64,000 bases of DNA, from the NCBI RefSeq assembly GCF_009914755.1, contig NC_060942.1; one strand, given 5' to 3'. Made by a program: the position numbers and the translations under genes. This document shows, piece by piece, positions 1 through 14,195 of the stretch; the first letter of the stretch is position 1; every line of letters begins with the position of its first letter. The notes below the pieces were generated by a model. The model saw nothing but the letters and a program-made list of their open reading frames with translations, was not told the DNA's origin and ran no database searches. The stretch comes from the human T2T-CHM13v2.0 reference genome, Homo sapiens.

Positions 1-157
1 CTCCCATTTTGTTTCCTTTTTCTTTTACCATCTGAAGTTATCCAATCCACTTTCCTAGGGAAGAAACTGCTTTTGATCACAAAAGTCCAATAATCTAGAA
101 ATGAACTGCACCTGGTTATGAAAACACAGCTGAGTAGACACACCCTCTCATATGGTT

Positions 158-175
158 GTGTGTGTGTGTGTGTGT
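158..175. repeat. (GT)n microsatellite
   Basis: tgtgtgtgtgtgtgtgt run. Confidence 0.9.
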
Positions 176-1354
176 TTTTCCTTACATTACTAAGTGGACA
201 CCTAGGTAGACATTTCATATTTGGAACCAGTTACTGGTCATATAAAAACTTGTTTTACATTAGATATTGTAGAAGAAAGAAGCAAACTGTGACTATATTT
301 TTGAATTTTAAATTTTGTTTTCTATACAAATTCCTCATGAAGATGAAGCCATAAGGTGTGAAACTTCAATGAATTGCGGCTCCCTAGGGCTGCCTCTACT
401 CTGGACATCCCTAGCAGCAAAGGCTGATTTAAGTCAGTTTGAGCCCTTGCTCATCTCTAGAGGAAGGAACATAGAAAATAAAAGAAAAAAAAAGAGAGAG
501 AGAAAGAATCCCAGCTGAACATAACCTACTTTCTTGTTTACAAGAATAAAAATCCCTTTCCTGAAGCTCCTCAGTGGTGCTAGCAGGCTTCCTCACTGTC
601 CACTGGGGCTGCCTGTCATGAGGAGGCTGTGAAGCACATCATACTCTTGTACTGGATTTGACCTCTGAAGGCTCAGAAGGAAATTTCACAAAATCCAACT
701 TCTTTCAGAGGCACTGGTGCTTTTATTCCTCCTAATAATCATTTCAACCATCAGTTCACAACTTGGAGTATACACCAAAACCCACTGCCAATCTTTTTTC
801 TCTCTGTTCTGGCTTCAAGTGGGAGTTCATCCAAGACCAACCAAAAAGATTTGCTAAGGTTTATGTATGTTTTTGTAGATCATCTGAGGAGACACTCATG
901 TAATTCTGATAGGCACCACTAGTTAAGCATCCCTGATTTAAAATATAGTAATTGTCACCACAAAGGCTAAAAATTTTAAACTGGCATTTGCAAAAGAGAT
1001 AATTACTTTTTCGTAGTATTTGAGGGTTGGAAATTATTTGGTTACATGAAAGTTTGCACAGTACTTGACATCAAATCTATTCTTATTTTCAATGACTACA
1101 CAAATGTTAAGATTTTAGATCCCAAGCTAACTAATGAAAGAAGTCATCCATGTTAAAATATGTTCAAAGCTAATGACACTTTTATGTTAATTACTTTTAT
1201 TTCTTACTGTGGAATCAGTAAGCACTTAAATGCTTTTGTAACATACATTTACAATCTTCAATTAAAATTAAATATATGCTTTCGATTTTTTTAATCAGAA
1301 AACGTAAACTCTAACACTCTGATGATAAAAACATCATGATGTAAAAACAACAGA

Positions 1355-1520
1355 TTCAACACTCATTTGACAAATATTTATTGAATGCATAGTACATGCC
1401 AAGCATGTTCTAAAACTGGGAATATAGCCTTGAAATAAAACAGATAAAGTCTCTGACTATTTGGAGCTTACAGTTAAAGTGCATTTGAGGATAGAAGCAG
1501 TCAGTAAATGAGCAGTTAAT
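1355..1520 (-). mobile_element. L2 3'-end fragment; host for the nested L1/Alu/MLT1/MST cluster, with further pieces to ~4980
   Basis: cattt/gacaaatatttattgaatgc...gtgccaagcatgttcta, the typical reverse L2 tail. Confidence 0.65.
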
Positions 1521-1546
1521 ATGTATTTTAAAATTTATATAGAACC

Positions 1547-1841
1547 GGCCTGGCGTGGTTGCTCATGCCTGTAATCCCAGCACTTTGGGAGGCCAAGGCA
1601 GGCGGATCACAAGGTCAGGAGATTGAGACAATTCTGGCTAACATGGTGAAATCCCATCTCTACTAAAAATACAGAAAATTAGCCGGGTGTGGTGGCGGGT
1701 GCCTGTAGTCCCAGCGACTTGGGAGACTGAGGCAGGAGAATGGTGTGAACACAGGAGGCAGAGCTTGCTGTGAGCCGAGATTGTGCCACTACACTCCAGC
1801 CTGGGCGACAGAGCCAGACTCCATCTCAAAAAAAAAAAAAA
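1547..1841 (+). mobile_element. Alu (AluY-like) inserted at the 5' edge of an L1, with TSD aaaattt(tt)atatagaacc
   Basis: Full dimeric Alu, A-tail, flanking direct repeat at 1530-1546 and ~1838-1856. Confidence 0.95.
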
Positions 1842-3341
1842 TTTTTATATAGAACCAATAAAGAACCCAAATAGCCAAGGCAATCCTAAGCAGAAAGAAC
1901 AAAGCTGGAGGAATCACATTGCCCAACTTCAAACTATACTGCAAGGCTACACTAACCAAAACAGCATGGTACTGGTACAAAAACAGGTACATAGACCAAT
2001 GGAACAGAATAGAGAACCCAGAAATAAGGCTGCACATCTACAACTATCTGATCTTTGACAAAGCTGACAAAAACAAGCAATGGGGAAAAATCATATTCAA
2101 TAAATGGTGCTGGGATAACTGGCTAACCATATGCAGAAGATTGGAGCTGGACACCTTCCTTATACCATGTACAAAAATAAACTCAAGATGGCTTATCAAA
2201 GACTTAAATGTAAAACCCAAAACTATAAAAACCCTGGAAGACAACTTAGGCTATACCATCCTGGACCTAGGAATGGACAAAGATTTCATGATAAAGACAC
2301 CAAAAGCAATTGCAACAAAAGGAAAAATTGACAAATAGGACCTAATTGAACTTAACAGCTTCTGCACAGCAAAAGAAATGATCAACAGAGTAAACAGACA
2401 ACCTATAGAATGGGAGAAACTATACATCTGACAAAGGTCTAATAACCAGAATCTATAGGGAATTTAAACAAATTTACAAGAGAAAAACAACCCCATTAAA
2501 AAGGGGGCAAAGTTGTGAACAGACACTTTGCAAAAGAAGGCATACATGCAGCCAACAAGCATATGATAAAAGCTCATGATCACTCATCATTACAGAAATG
2601 CAAATCAAAATCACAATGAGATGCCATCTCACACCAGTCAGAATGGCTATTATTAAAAAGTCAAAAAAAAAAAAAATAACAGATGCTGGCAAGTTTGCAG
2701 AGAAAGGTGAACACTTAAATACTGTTCATGGGAGTGTAAATTAGTTCAACCATTGTGGAAAGCAGTATGGTGATTCCTCAAAGAGCTAAAAGCAGAACTA
2801 CCATTCGACCCAGCAATACCATTACTGGGTATATACCCAGTGCAATATAAGGCATTCTCCCATAAAGACACATGTACATGAATGTTCATTGCAGCACTGT
2901 TCACAATAGCAAACACATGGAATCAACCTAAATCCCCATCAATGACAGACTGGATCAAGAAAATGTGGTACATATACACCATGGAATGTTATGCAGCCAT
3001 AAAAAAGAATAAGATCATGTCTTTTGCGGGAACATGGATGGAACTGGCGGCTAACATCCTTAGCAAACTAACACAGGAACAGAAAACCACATACCATATG
3101 TTTTCAATTGTAAGTGGGAGCTAAATGATAAGAGCTTATGAACACAAAGAAGAAAACAAATACTGGGATCTACCTGCTTGGGGAGGTTCAGAGGAGGGAG
3201 AGGAGGAAAAGGTAACTATTGGGTACTGAGCTTAATACCTGGGTGATGTAATAATATGTACAATGAATCCCCAGAACATATTAAGGTAATAAACCTTCAC
3301 ATGTATCCTCAAACCTTAAAAAAAAAAAAAATTAAAAAAAA
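1842..3341 (+). mobile_element. 5'-truncated L1 (old L1PA/L1PB type): ORF2 C-terminal remnant, 3'UTR and A-tail
   Basis: ORFs 1919..2338 ([21 protein letters not shown]) and 2882..3124 (MFIAALFTIA...WIKKMWYIYTME) are L1 ORF2; poly-A at 3317-3341. Confidence 0.95.
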
Positions 3342-3627
3342 GCAGTGTACGTAAAGGGATGAAGAACCGGAGGCCAGGAGGTCTAATTTACAGAGAGTAG
3401 GTCATAAAGGCATTAATGGTAAGGTGACTAAAGTGATGAAGTCCTGTGGGTATCAAGAAGAATGTTATTCTCATCAGGGGGACCAGCGAGTGCAAGGGAG
3501 CATCTGGGTGTGTTGCAGGAACAGCAGAGGTCAGGAAGCTGGAAGGAAATGAGCAAGGAGATAGATGCACTGGAGTTAAATGTGGTAATGGTGGGAGGCA
3601 GGGAGACTGTTAGAAAGCATTAGAAGC

Positions 3628-4278
3628 TATTTGAATTTGCTGGGGCTGCCATAACAAAGTGCCACAAACTGGGTGACTTAAGCAACAGAACAACAGAAAC
3701 ACTGTTTCCCCGTTCTGGAGGCTAGAAGTCCAAGGCGTCCACAGAGTCAGTTCTTTTCCAGAGGTGTGAGGAAGAAACAGTTTCTGGCCTCTGCCCTAGC
3801 TTCTTGTGATTTGCTGGCCATCTTTGGCGTTCCCTGGCTTGTAGAAGCATCATCACTCCATCTCTGCCTTCATCTTCATGTGGTATTCTCGATGGGTGCC
3901 TGTCTGTCTCCAAATTTCCTCTTTATATAAGAACCAAAAAAGAAACTGAATAGCCAAGGCAATCCTAAGCAGAAAGACCAAAGCTGGAGGAATCACATTA
4001 CCCAACTTCAAACTGTACTACAAGGCCACAGTTAACAAAACAGCATGGTACTGGTAGAAAAACAGGCACATAGACCAATGGAACAGAATAGAGAACCCAG
4101 AAATAATGCTGCACATCTACAACTATCTGATACTAGGGCCCACCCTACTCCAGTGAAACTTCATCTTAACTAATTACATCTGCAACAACCCTATTTCCAA
4201 ATAAGATCACAATCTGAGGTATCTGGGGTTAGGACTTCAATGTATGAATTTTTGGGGGACACGATTCAAGCAGTAACA
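3628..4278 (-). mobile_element. MLT1 (MaLR) solo LTR interrupted by a 210-bp L1 fragment
   Basis: gctgccataacaaagtgccacaaactggg...ggttaggacttca...ggggacacgattcaagcagtaaca. Confidence 0.85.
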
Positions 4279-4355
4279 TCGGCTATGGTAAGGATGTTGT
4301 CAGTTACACTAAGGAATGTTTTGAGCAGAAAAATGACATAACCTACCTTATATTG

Positions 4356-4744
4356 TGTATTAGTCCATTCTCACATTGCTATAAAGAACTACCTGAGACT
4401 GGGTAATTTTTGAAGAGAAGAGGTAATTTATGCAGAGACTCACAGGTCCACAGGCTATATAGGAAGCCTATCTGGGGAAGTCTCAGGAAACTTACAATCA
4501 TGGCATAAGGTGAAAGAGAAAGAAGCACCTTCTTCCCAAGGCGGTAAGAGAGAGAGAGCAAAGGGGGAAGTGCCACACACTTTTAAATAACAAGATCTCA
4601 TGAGAATTCACTCACTATCAAGAGAACAGCAAGGGGAAAATCCATCTCCGTCATCCAATCACCTCCCAACAGGCTTCACCTCCAACACTAGGGATTACAA
4701 TTCAACATGAGATTTGGGTGGGGACACAAAGCCAAGCCATATTA
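4356..4744 (-). mobile_element. MSTA-like MaLR solo LTR, TSD tattg/cattg
   Basis: tgtattagtccattctcacattgct...gggacacaaagccaagccatatta. Confidence 0.9.
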
Positions 4745-4977
4745 CATTGTAAAAAAGATGACTTCGGCTCCTCTTTCAACAGTAGACTGCAGTCAGGTTA
4801 TGACAGAAGCCTTTCCCAGGGTAAAGGGTAATGGTGACCTGAACCCAGATGCTAGTCTTGAAAGTCATGCAAAGTTTGGTTTCTGAATATATTTTAAAGA
4901 TATAACTGATAAGCATTTCTCCCAGATTAGATACATGGTGTTGAAGAAAGTAAGTTACAGACAGATCCTGGGTTTCT

Positions 4978-5372
<395 letters not shown>

Positions 5373-6157
5373 TCATAATTGGAAATAGAATTTCCAGTGG
5401 TTGCATCAAACAGATTCAGAAACTGGCATATCAACTTTAATAGAAGAAAACTATTTTTATATAAATTAGTAAATGACCATGGTCACTTATGAACGAAGAC
5501 AATGATGCAAAGATTCATGTGAAAAATTTAGATGGGTGGAGAAATAATCTCCGTTTCTACTACAAATTCAGCTTCACTGGACTTTTTCATCCACCCAACC
5601 AAAACTCGATATACTGGAGTTGGCTAAAAACCTTTTTGGATCTTTTTGTTGTTAAAAGAGGAGACTCACACACATGGGCATGGATGGTGGCTTTACTGCT
5701 TACATTTATGGACTCACAGAATCTCAGTCTTGAAACCAATACCAAGGAGTTTTCTAGCTTGAAAAACACTTTCACTGTGAGAACTCCGCACCTCCAACAG
5801 CCCATTTTATCTCGAGATATTCTTTTTGCTGTTTCCTTACCTTGAACTGCATTCAATTTCCCTGTTACCTCTATCCATATAACTACCACAGTTGCAGATA
5901 TGCTGAGTAAATCTGACCTCTTCATATATTTGAAGCAAGCTGGTATGTTCTGTTTTGTCTTGGTCACTAACTCTCGGAGTCCCAGAGATTATCAATGCTC
6001 TTATGTTGAACAATAGATTGTGTAAGAAGAGAAACTAAGAAAAACAGAAAAATGGAAAATTTTCAACTGAGCATTTTAAGTAAAAACTGAACAATTACAG
6101 TAGCTAAAAACTTTATGAAGACTGAAGCTATGACTGTTTTTTGCTGCTGTATATTCA

Positions 6158-6445
<288 letters not shown>

Positions 6446-6944
6446 AAAAAACAGAAAGAATAAATCACACAAAAAATTGCCACTTCTCACTAGTTAAGAT
6501 ATCATTTCAGTTTACCAGAGATGAGCTCAGAGAAAAGTTGAGCACTTGACTACAGTAATGTATGCTAGCAGGAAAATCAGATAATTTTCCTATATTCAAT
6601 ATTCATTATTCTGTCTCACATTTATGTCTATCTATTCACATACATCAACCAACAATCTTACTGGTTTATATCTGCTTATGTTTATTCATTTTCACTAGAA
6701 GCACAAAAACCAGAGGATTTTTCCAAGACATCTGAACCTAAATATTTGTAATTAATTTTTATGTCAAAGAAATTTTTTTTTCATTTCTATCCAAAATGTT
6801 AGAACTTAAATTGCAGAAAGTAGCCAAGCAAACTTAAAACATATTAGAATTTCACATTCCTGATGACTTGGCTTTTCTCTGTGGTAAATGATATAAATTC
6901 TAAATAAAGTGAGAAATCAATTAACTCTAAAAGAATTATACTTA

Positions 6945-7150
6945 ATATTTGAGCTGTTACTGTATTCCAGTCACTGTTCTAAATACACCTCATGTGCAAC
7001 TCATTTCTCTTCACAATCCAGCGAGATAGGTGCCATCATCCTCCAATTAGACAACTCAGGAGCAGAATGGTTAAGTGGCTCATTCAACTTTACACAGGTA
7101 AATGACAGAAAGAGTTGAACCAGGGAGTGTGACACCGGAGCCTCCACACA
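6945..7150. mobile_element. MIR
   Basis: Diverged MIR core: gatagg...atcctccaatt...ggttaagtggctcattcaac...acacaggtaaatgacaga. Confidence 0.65.
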
Positions 7151-7796
7151 CACAGTGCAATACAGCCACACAACAAGAGACGAGAACCTCCATCACACTC
7201 CTGAGAAATTTATAAACAGCGGAACGTGCTGTGCTCGGTCACTCGTATCAGAAGAGGCCCATCCTAACCAGCCAGTCTGCAAATTCACAGGTTTGTGGGT
7301 CCATGTTTTGGGCTGTTATTCCTGTGCCTATCACTCTCATTAAAAGATACGTCCTTGTTAAAAATAAATATATATAAAAGAAATTATTTTTAAAATTAAC
7401 GTTTGTATAAAGCCTTTTTTTCCTAATATACCTGATGCTATTTAAAACCAACTTTTTAAAAACTTGAGGTTTTAATTGTGGTTGTGTGCTGTCAAAGATA
7501 ATTTAGCAGTTGACTTAAGGATTGATTCTTCTCAAAATAAACTATAAGATATGCTTTTTACTGTACAATTACCAGGTTTGTCAAATACAAACTATATCAA
7601 ACCTATGAATCTCAGGTTATTTATAGTAGAATTAGACTGCAATCTGATCTCTCTCATCTCTAAAATTCTATATTTCTACAATTATAATTTTAATAAAAGC
7701 AACACTTTCTGGAAGATATGGTCGTAGCTGTTGTCTTTGTACACAGAACTATTCATATTGCAAACAACCAGGATACACAGTAAAAATAAGAAACAA

Positions 7797-10700
7797 TTGC
7801 AGGTTTTCAATTACTTTATTTTAGAAAAACAAAGGTTTACAATTTGTGCCATAGGCAGAATATCATGAATTCAACAAGTTAGTAATGCAGACTTTCAAAA
7901 ACCTCTATAGATTAGTCCAAAGTAGAAAATTATTTTTTGCCCACTCTTGGACTCAGACACATTCAGAAAAAATATATATTTATAAAAATAAAATGTCAAG
8001 CCTAATCCCACCAATTGATAGTCTTAATATCCTACACTGGTTTATTTGATCATTTAATGCATAAGGAGTGTTGAATGATTTTTCCCTGTCCTAACTCCAT
8101 GTCGTATGAAGCAATGATGAAAATATGTTACTTTTTGCAACACCAAAATAAAAAGGTCCCAAAGCAAAACACACACAAAAAGTCACTAACAATATCCACT
8201 AAACAAAAACAGTACTGCTAATTCACCTGCTCATATAGACCCTTCCTTCAATCCCCCAGATACTTGGCATTTAAATGTTATTTCTAAATCAGATACCAGG
8301 AAGCAACTATGTGAGAAAGAAAATGAAAATTCTAGGTCTAATACATGTTAAACAAGTTTCAGGTAATAGTAGCTGAGAAAAATATTGATGCACATAATGA
8401 AACAAAAAGAATTGCCAGATATAATGTGGTGCACAGGGTACTCGATAAAAACATGCACTTTGTCTCGCTGAAATGTCCTTAAATATTGTCTGAGCACCAA
8501 ATTCTGCAAAAGCAAGGATCTAGAATTCCGAATTTTAGAAGTTATAAAGAGAACTTCACTGCAATTAAAAGAGAAGGCAAAAATTCCAACTTCCTGAAGG
8601 ACCCCATTATTCATATAGAATCATGACAAAATTTACCATGGAATTAGAATGATACCTATGTTCTTCCACTAGATTCACTTATTAAGAGATCTGTCTTTAT
8701 ATGGAAGTAATGTTTCACGGAATGAAACTAACATTCATAGTAATCTCTGATATCACATTGAAGGGAACAGCATACGAGCAAACAAATTTTAGAATCTGTT
8801 TTGTGAATAGTCTGACAATGTAAATAAACATCTCCCAAAGTAGAGAAAAAAACAAAATTTTAATACAAGAAGAAATAAAAATTATTCACTTACAAACCAC
8901 CTACACATTTTGTTTTCCCAACAGACACACTTTAAAAGCACAAATAGAATATAAGGCAAACAGTACAAAGCTGTGAAAAGGGTAGCAGAGAACTGAGGCA
9001 TTCATTTATAAACAACATCACAGAATATAAACGAAGATCATATTTTGTGGATGTTTGCATTCACACTGAGCTTTACTCTTTTTTTCCTATTAAGGTCTTT
9101 CATTTACAGGTAATGATCAACAAGACAAAAATATGTAAATGACTAATTATAAATATGAAAAAATTCAGTGACATTTTCTATAACTATTTCCCCATGTCAC
9201 TGACTGCTAAGTTTTCACTTCCTTACTAGGCTGAGTTTCAAATGAGGTATCCGTACTCATCTAAGCTTTTCACTACTGCAAAACAAGCTTGACTATTGGG
9301 AACATTAACATTTATCTTCCCAAGAATCACTCATCATTCTTTGGAGAAGAATCTACTTGTTAAATTAACAGCATTTATCTCTGGTTTCCACTTAATATCA
9401 TTTCACTCTAGTAGTTCCTGAATTTTGGACTGCATATTTGTTTCATTTCCAAAAAAAAGAAATATGGAGTGTCAAACACTAAGAATAGGTATTTAATTAT
9501 TAAATACTAAAAGAGTACATGGATAAAATAAAACAATCACTAGTAATTCCTTAGTACTTAAGATGCAAGTGTCCATACAGTCTTGATTAGTACGGCATTA
9601 GAAACAACAGAGGGCTGTCCTTGATGACTAAATCCCTAAACAACGTCAGTGTCCAGACCATGAATTACATATTTTTTGACCATGCATTACATTATTTTTT
9701 AATAAATGTTCAATAAAATTCTTTATAGTGGAAAATTACTCAATGAATAACCACTCAAATCATAGTTGCCTAATATAAATTCTAAACTTAGCTAAAATGA
9801 AGGCCTCAAAAATAATTTATCTACAATAAACATACCAAACTGTTACTTTAAAAAAAAGAGTTTTTAGACATTGCTTTGGAAAGAATTCCTGTATTAGTTT
9901 ATAGAAGATGAGAGGTCACTTGACGAAATGGGTGACAGAACTAAGACAATGGAGAAGGTAACTGGCTGATCTCTTTTTTTTACACCGGATGTGACTTGTC
10001 ACTGGACATGCTAATGTCAGTCGTTACTCCTTATGAAGCAGACACGGACAGGTCTACAGCATTACATAATAGATGTGTCAATAAACTGTGTGTGTCTGTG
10101 GGTGCATACGTACGTATTCTAGAGTAGAAGTTACCATAAAGTTCACACACCAGAAACATAAAAATATGATACATACCACTTTTCAAAAAGCAGAAGATTT
10201 TTATCAAAGGAAATGTTAGAAGAAATCTCAATATATAAAATAGAAATAAAATACTAGGCTATTCTGGCTAAAGCAGAGTAGGATTAACAGAGACCCTTCC
10301 CAACCTACAATGACTGATGAAATACCTGTTAGTATTCCAAGGAATGGGCTGAAACCTCTACTCAGTAAATCCTGTTTATTTTGCGAAAGTCAATCACAAG
10401 ACTTTTTTTCCCCATTATCTAGGCATATATGAAAATTTTATGATAATGCAACTGAGTATAAAGTTAAAAAGTAACATTTCTTCTCCTTTAAAAATAACTA
10501 ACAAAATAAAACCACTATGCTATATAAAACCACATTATTTTTAACCTCATAATCTTGATACATGGAAAAAGTTATTAGTTCTCCTTAAAGTGCCTAAATT
10601 TTAAAGACTTAATTTTGTCCATATAAATCTTGTCCAAAATATATGAGGGAAACGGATGGCAGCAGGAGAGGCATTATTTTTCTATATCACACATGTATCT

Positions 10701-11041
10701 TCTACCTGACTGACCAATTTAAATATTCTGCCCAAGAATCTTAACTTTTTGTCACAGAATATTCAGATAGAGAAACATGCAAATAGAATTGTTCTGTTCT
10801 AATCACAAAGATCAGGTAAATTTTGATGGAGTGCTCTGTGTTTGTTTCAGACAAACTGTTCATCTCTTTGCTCCAAACACTTCCCCATGTATGGAGGGAC
10901 TACTTTAATCCATGCAGTTGATATTAGCAAAATACGAATAACATGTTCTTTTCTGTAAAGATCATGATTAAATGTCTAAATTCAATAAATAGACTCTTTA
11001 ATAATTTGAAGTCCTAACAAATATTTTATAGTCATCAAGTC
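7797..11041 (-). other. TMX3: TMX3 long AU-rich 3'UTR (~3.2 kb)
   Basis: AT-rich stretch with no recognisable interspersed repeats, running from the stop codon to AATAAA at 7815-7820. Confidence 0.8.
7815..7820 (-). terminator. Distal polyadenylation signal AATAAA of TMX3
   Basis: tttatt on plus; a U/GU-rich downstream element (ttgtttcttatttttactgtgt on minus) follows ~20-45 nt later. Confidence 0.8.
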
Positions 11042-11302
11042 TCAATCTTTCTTCTTTTCTAATACATCCTTGGGCTCCTGCACTGTAGGCACTACAGATC
11101 CTCCACTGCTGGGCTCCTGCTGTTCTTTGCTCTCTTCTATCTGTTCTTGGTTTTCATTTTCACTTTTAGACACTTCATATCGTTCTTCTATATAACCTCC
11201 ATCTGTGTCGGCTGTGTAGATTCCATAGCACATGATACTGATGACACCCAGTGGCAGGCCAAAGAGAAAGCAGCCCATCAGTGGTGAGCTCTTGAATATA
11301 GA
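11042..11302 (-). CDS. TMX3: TMX3 exon 16 coding part (TM helix, acidic cytosolic tail, KKKD di-lysine motif, TGA)
   Basis: ccacag acceptor at 11303; ORF 11042..11278 ends in VLEKKKD*; 261 nt. Confidence 0.98.
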   Translation of the reverse strand, partial: SIFKSSPLMGCFLFGLPLGVISIMCYGIYTADTDGGYIEERYEVSKSENENQEQIEESKEQQEPSSGGSVVPTVQEPKDVLEKKKD

Positions 11303-13571
11303 CTGTGGAAAGAGAATTAAAACTCAGTTCCCTTCACATGTAATTCTGATATATATAGCATGAAATGAACTTGAAACCACTATAGATTTCTCTTGTTGCT
11401 ATTCAGCTTGTTTTTAGTTCCAATGAATCAATCATTTCAGCAGTAACTACCATGTGAAAGACACTGTTAAGAGATATAATTTCTATATGCACATACATAA
11501 GCATGTGTGTGCAGAACCAGCTATTAGCAACAGAAAAAGGCATCAAATATTCTACAGCCTTTCCTAAAGACACTGATTTTTCTACATTAACCACAAAGGT
11601 CTCTTTAAGGTGCTTACTATGTGCGCCCAGCAGCTTTAGAGTTGCTTCCTGAACCACAGGAATCTGCTTATGGAGAAGGCTGGGTTATTTACCACAAAGA
11701 AGGTACACACATACTCTTTTCACATGACATTTTTAATATTTTTTACTTATCTGGTTAGTAGTAAAACTTCATTGACTTACTAATTTCCCTCAATTTACAT
11801 ACTGTCTTCATAGCTCCCAGGAAAGTAAAAGTAATTTTAATGAATAGGGTTTTCAACTAGAATATACTGCATGAATTGCAACGATAACTCTTGAGAACAT
11901 AGAGAAGTTCAGAGAAGAAAAAGATCACTTTGGATTGAGATAATAAAAGAAAGTTTCACAGAATAAAGGTGTGTTTTAGGTAGGAATTTAAGGATGAGTG
12001 AGAAGGAGGCAGGATATGGGACAAGTGAGCACCAGGCAATTTGCACTAGCAAAAGCTAATATTCAAAAACCAACGAGGAAAATACTTTAGATGGACAGAG
12101 TATTCTGATGTCCCTGGAAAAGGGAAGGAAAGTGATCAAAATCGATTATTTTAGTAATATTAACTGTGTAGTGGAATATAATATAGATTGGAGACTGGGC
12201 AAGTGGAAGTATGGAAACCAGGTGAAAGAGACCAGCAGCTAGACAGAATGTGATTAGGGCCTAATCCATGCTCGTGGCAACAGGAAAGTAAAGCAAACTG
12301 AAGAATACTATGCAAGGAAAAAAACAAAGAGTCCCAGAATTTACTTCTAACCAAAAAATGTTAGCTATATTTTTATGATTGCTTTGGGCCACAGTGAATG
12401 AAAATGCCCATGTAAGAGCTCGAGAAGGACAACAGGAACTAAGTTTAGGGCTCAAACAAATTTAAGAATTCCTCTGCTGTCAAGTTGATTGACAGTTAAA
12501 GCTGGGAGAGGGAGAACAATTTCGTAAGAGTGTCAAGCGAGAAGGTTCAGACCCAGGGACTGCAAAGGGGAAAGGGAGGAAAGGGATGCTGAAAAACACT
12601 GAAGAGATGGGGCAGGAGCAGGGGAGTAGTGATACTCACAGCAGCACGGAAAGGAGAATGTCAAGGAAAGGATGCTTCAAAGAAATCCAGGGGAAATACA
12701 ACAGATCTAATTAGTTTGACAGAGTGAGCATTAGTTTGATAGAGTGAAAGGAAGAGGAAATTAGAATAGCAGAAATAATCAGGTGAGAGGTGACAGTGAA
12801 GAAAGTCAAGGAAATATATTTAGAAAGTATAATTATAAAAACAAGAGAGACGGGTAATTAGGGGCAGACATGTCAATTCGTCTACCACTGTTGATATTCT
12901 ACTTACATATAACAACTGTGAATAAACACTGGGACAAACAAATGAAAGTAAACACTGTTAGAAAGGATTTGATCCATCACATTTTAATTCCACATTTAAA
13001 GTGTTCTATAAAAAGAATAAAAGAAAAAAAAAAGGAAGGAGAGAAAAAGGGAAGAAGGAAAAACATCTGTAAATGATCTTAATTATTTACCAACTAGGGA
13101 AAAGTACAGAATTAACAGGGATGTTTAAAATTGTAAGATCTAAAATTTTATTTTGACTCCTGCAAAATAAAAAGTGACTTCCCAGCACACATCATTTTCT
13201 TTAACAAAAATGACCAATTTACAGAAGACAGCACGTAATGGAACTAAAAATTTCATATTATCTGCACTTTCAACAAATCATAGAAATTACTAAGTAAAAA
13301 CTTTACATGGCAGGTTGCAGAAATAAAATCTTTTAAATTATACTATCAAGTTAATTGATTCTGAATTTTAGTTTTAACTCATCAATCATATAAACAATTA
13401 GAAACAATTTCCACCTAATGAATATATTTTCTTAAATACTGACTAGTCATATCCTGCAAATTAAAAAGACATATTTTGACCTAATCTTTTCAAATTCAGA
13501 TTTTTAACACAGCTAGACATAAAGAACCTATATCTTCTTCATTATCAATGACATAAACTGTCACAACTTAC

Positions 13572-13640
13572 CACAATAGTAGATTTGGCATCAAATACTA
13601 TTCTTTTCAATCTCTGCAAAATGCTATCACCTCCTTGGGC
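13572..13640 (-). CDS. TMX3: TMX3 exon 15 (AQGGDSILQRLKRIVFDAKSTIV)
   Basis: 69 nt; gaag acceptor, gtaagt donor. Confidence 0.97.
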
Positions 13641-13794
13641 CTTCAAAAAAGGAAAAGAAAAATAAATTATTTAAGCACCATTACTTCATTTACTTGGTGT
13701 TACATAACCTTACAATTGCAGGCCAAATGGTTGACTCCAAAATATTACATAATCACCTGAAAAGGCCATGTGGTAAACATTTACTGTGTTGTTT

Positions 13795-14195
13795 TTTGTC
13801 TGTGTCATGTCCAGCATTCCTCCTGCCTGCTTGTGTTAATTCACCCTGATTCTACTCTAAACAATTCCTCCTCCTCTATTCATAACCCACACAGCTTGGC
13901 TGAAGCTGACCCACCTCTGAGGACAGCCTAACCAGCTTTTGAGTTTAGCTGGGACCGCAAAACCAGAGCTGCTGCAGGATACCTTTGCTACTGTGCAGGG
14001 AGAGCTTCCCTGAGGATGAAAGTGCTGAAGGGAAGAGAGTGAAAAATTCCTGATGAAAATCACTCAAATCCTATATTCGGCCATACCTGCAATCTGGCTC
14101 ATTTTTTAAATTTCCAAGCTCTATGAGACAATAAAATCTGTTGTTAAATAGTCTGAGTTGCATTCCACTAACTTAAAAATAGAAGGCTGATTATT
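13795..14195 (+). mobile_element. Old ERVL/MaLR-type LTR remnant
   Basis: GC-richer block ending gagacaataaaatctgttgttaa...gagttgcattcc, typical of old LTR 3' ends. Confidence 0.5.

Noticed and set aside
1638-3124. ORFs resembling proteins (e.g. 1919..2338)
   Set aside because: Alu- and L1 ORF2-derived fragments with stops and frameshifts.
5489-5967. Overlapping antiparallel 118- and 126-aa ORFs in unique sequence
   Set aside because: No recognisable homology, promoter or splice context; length is within chance expectation for 64 kb.
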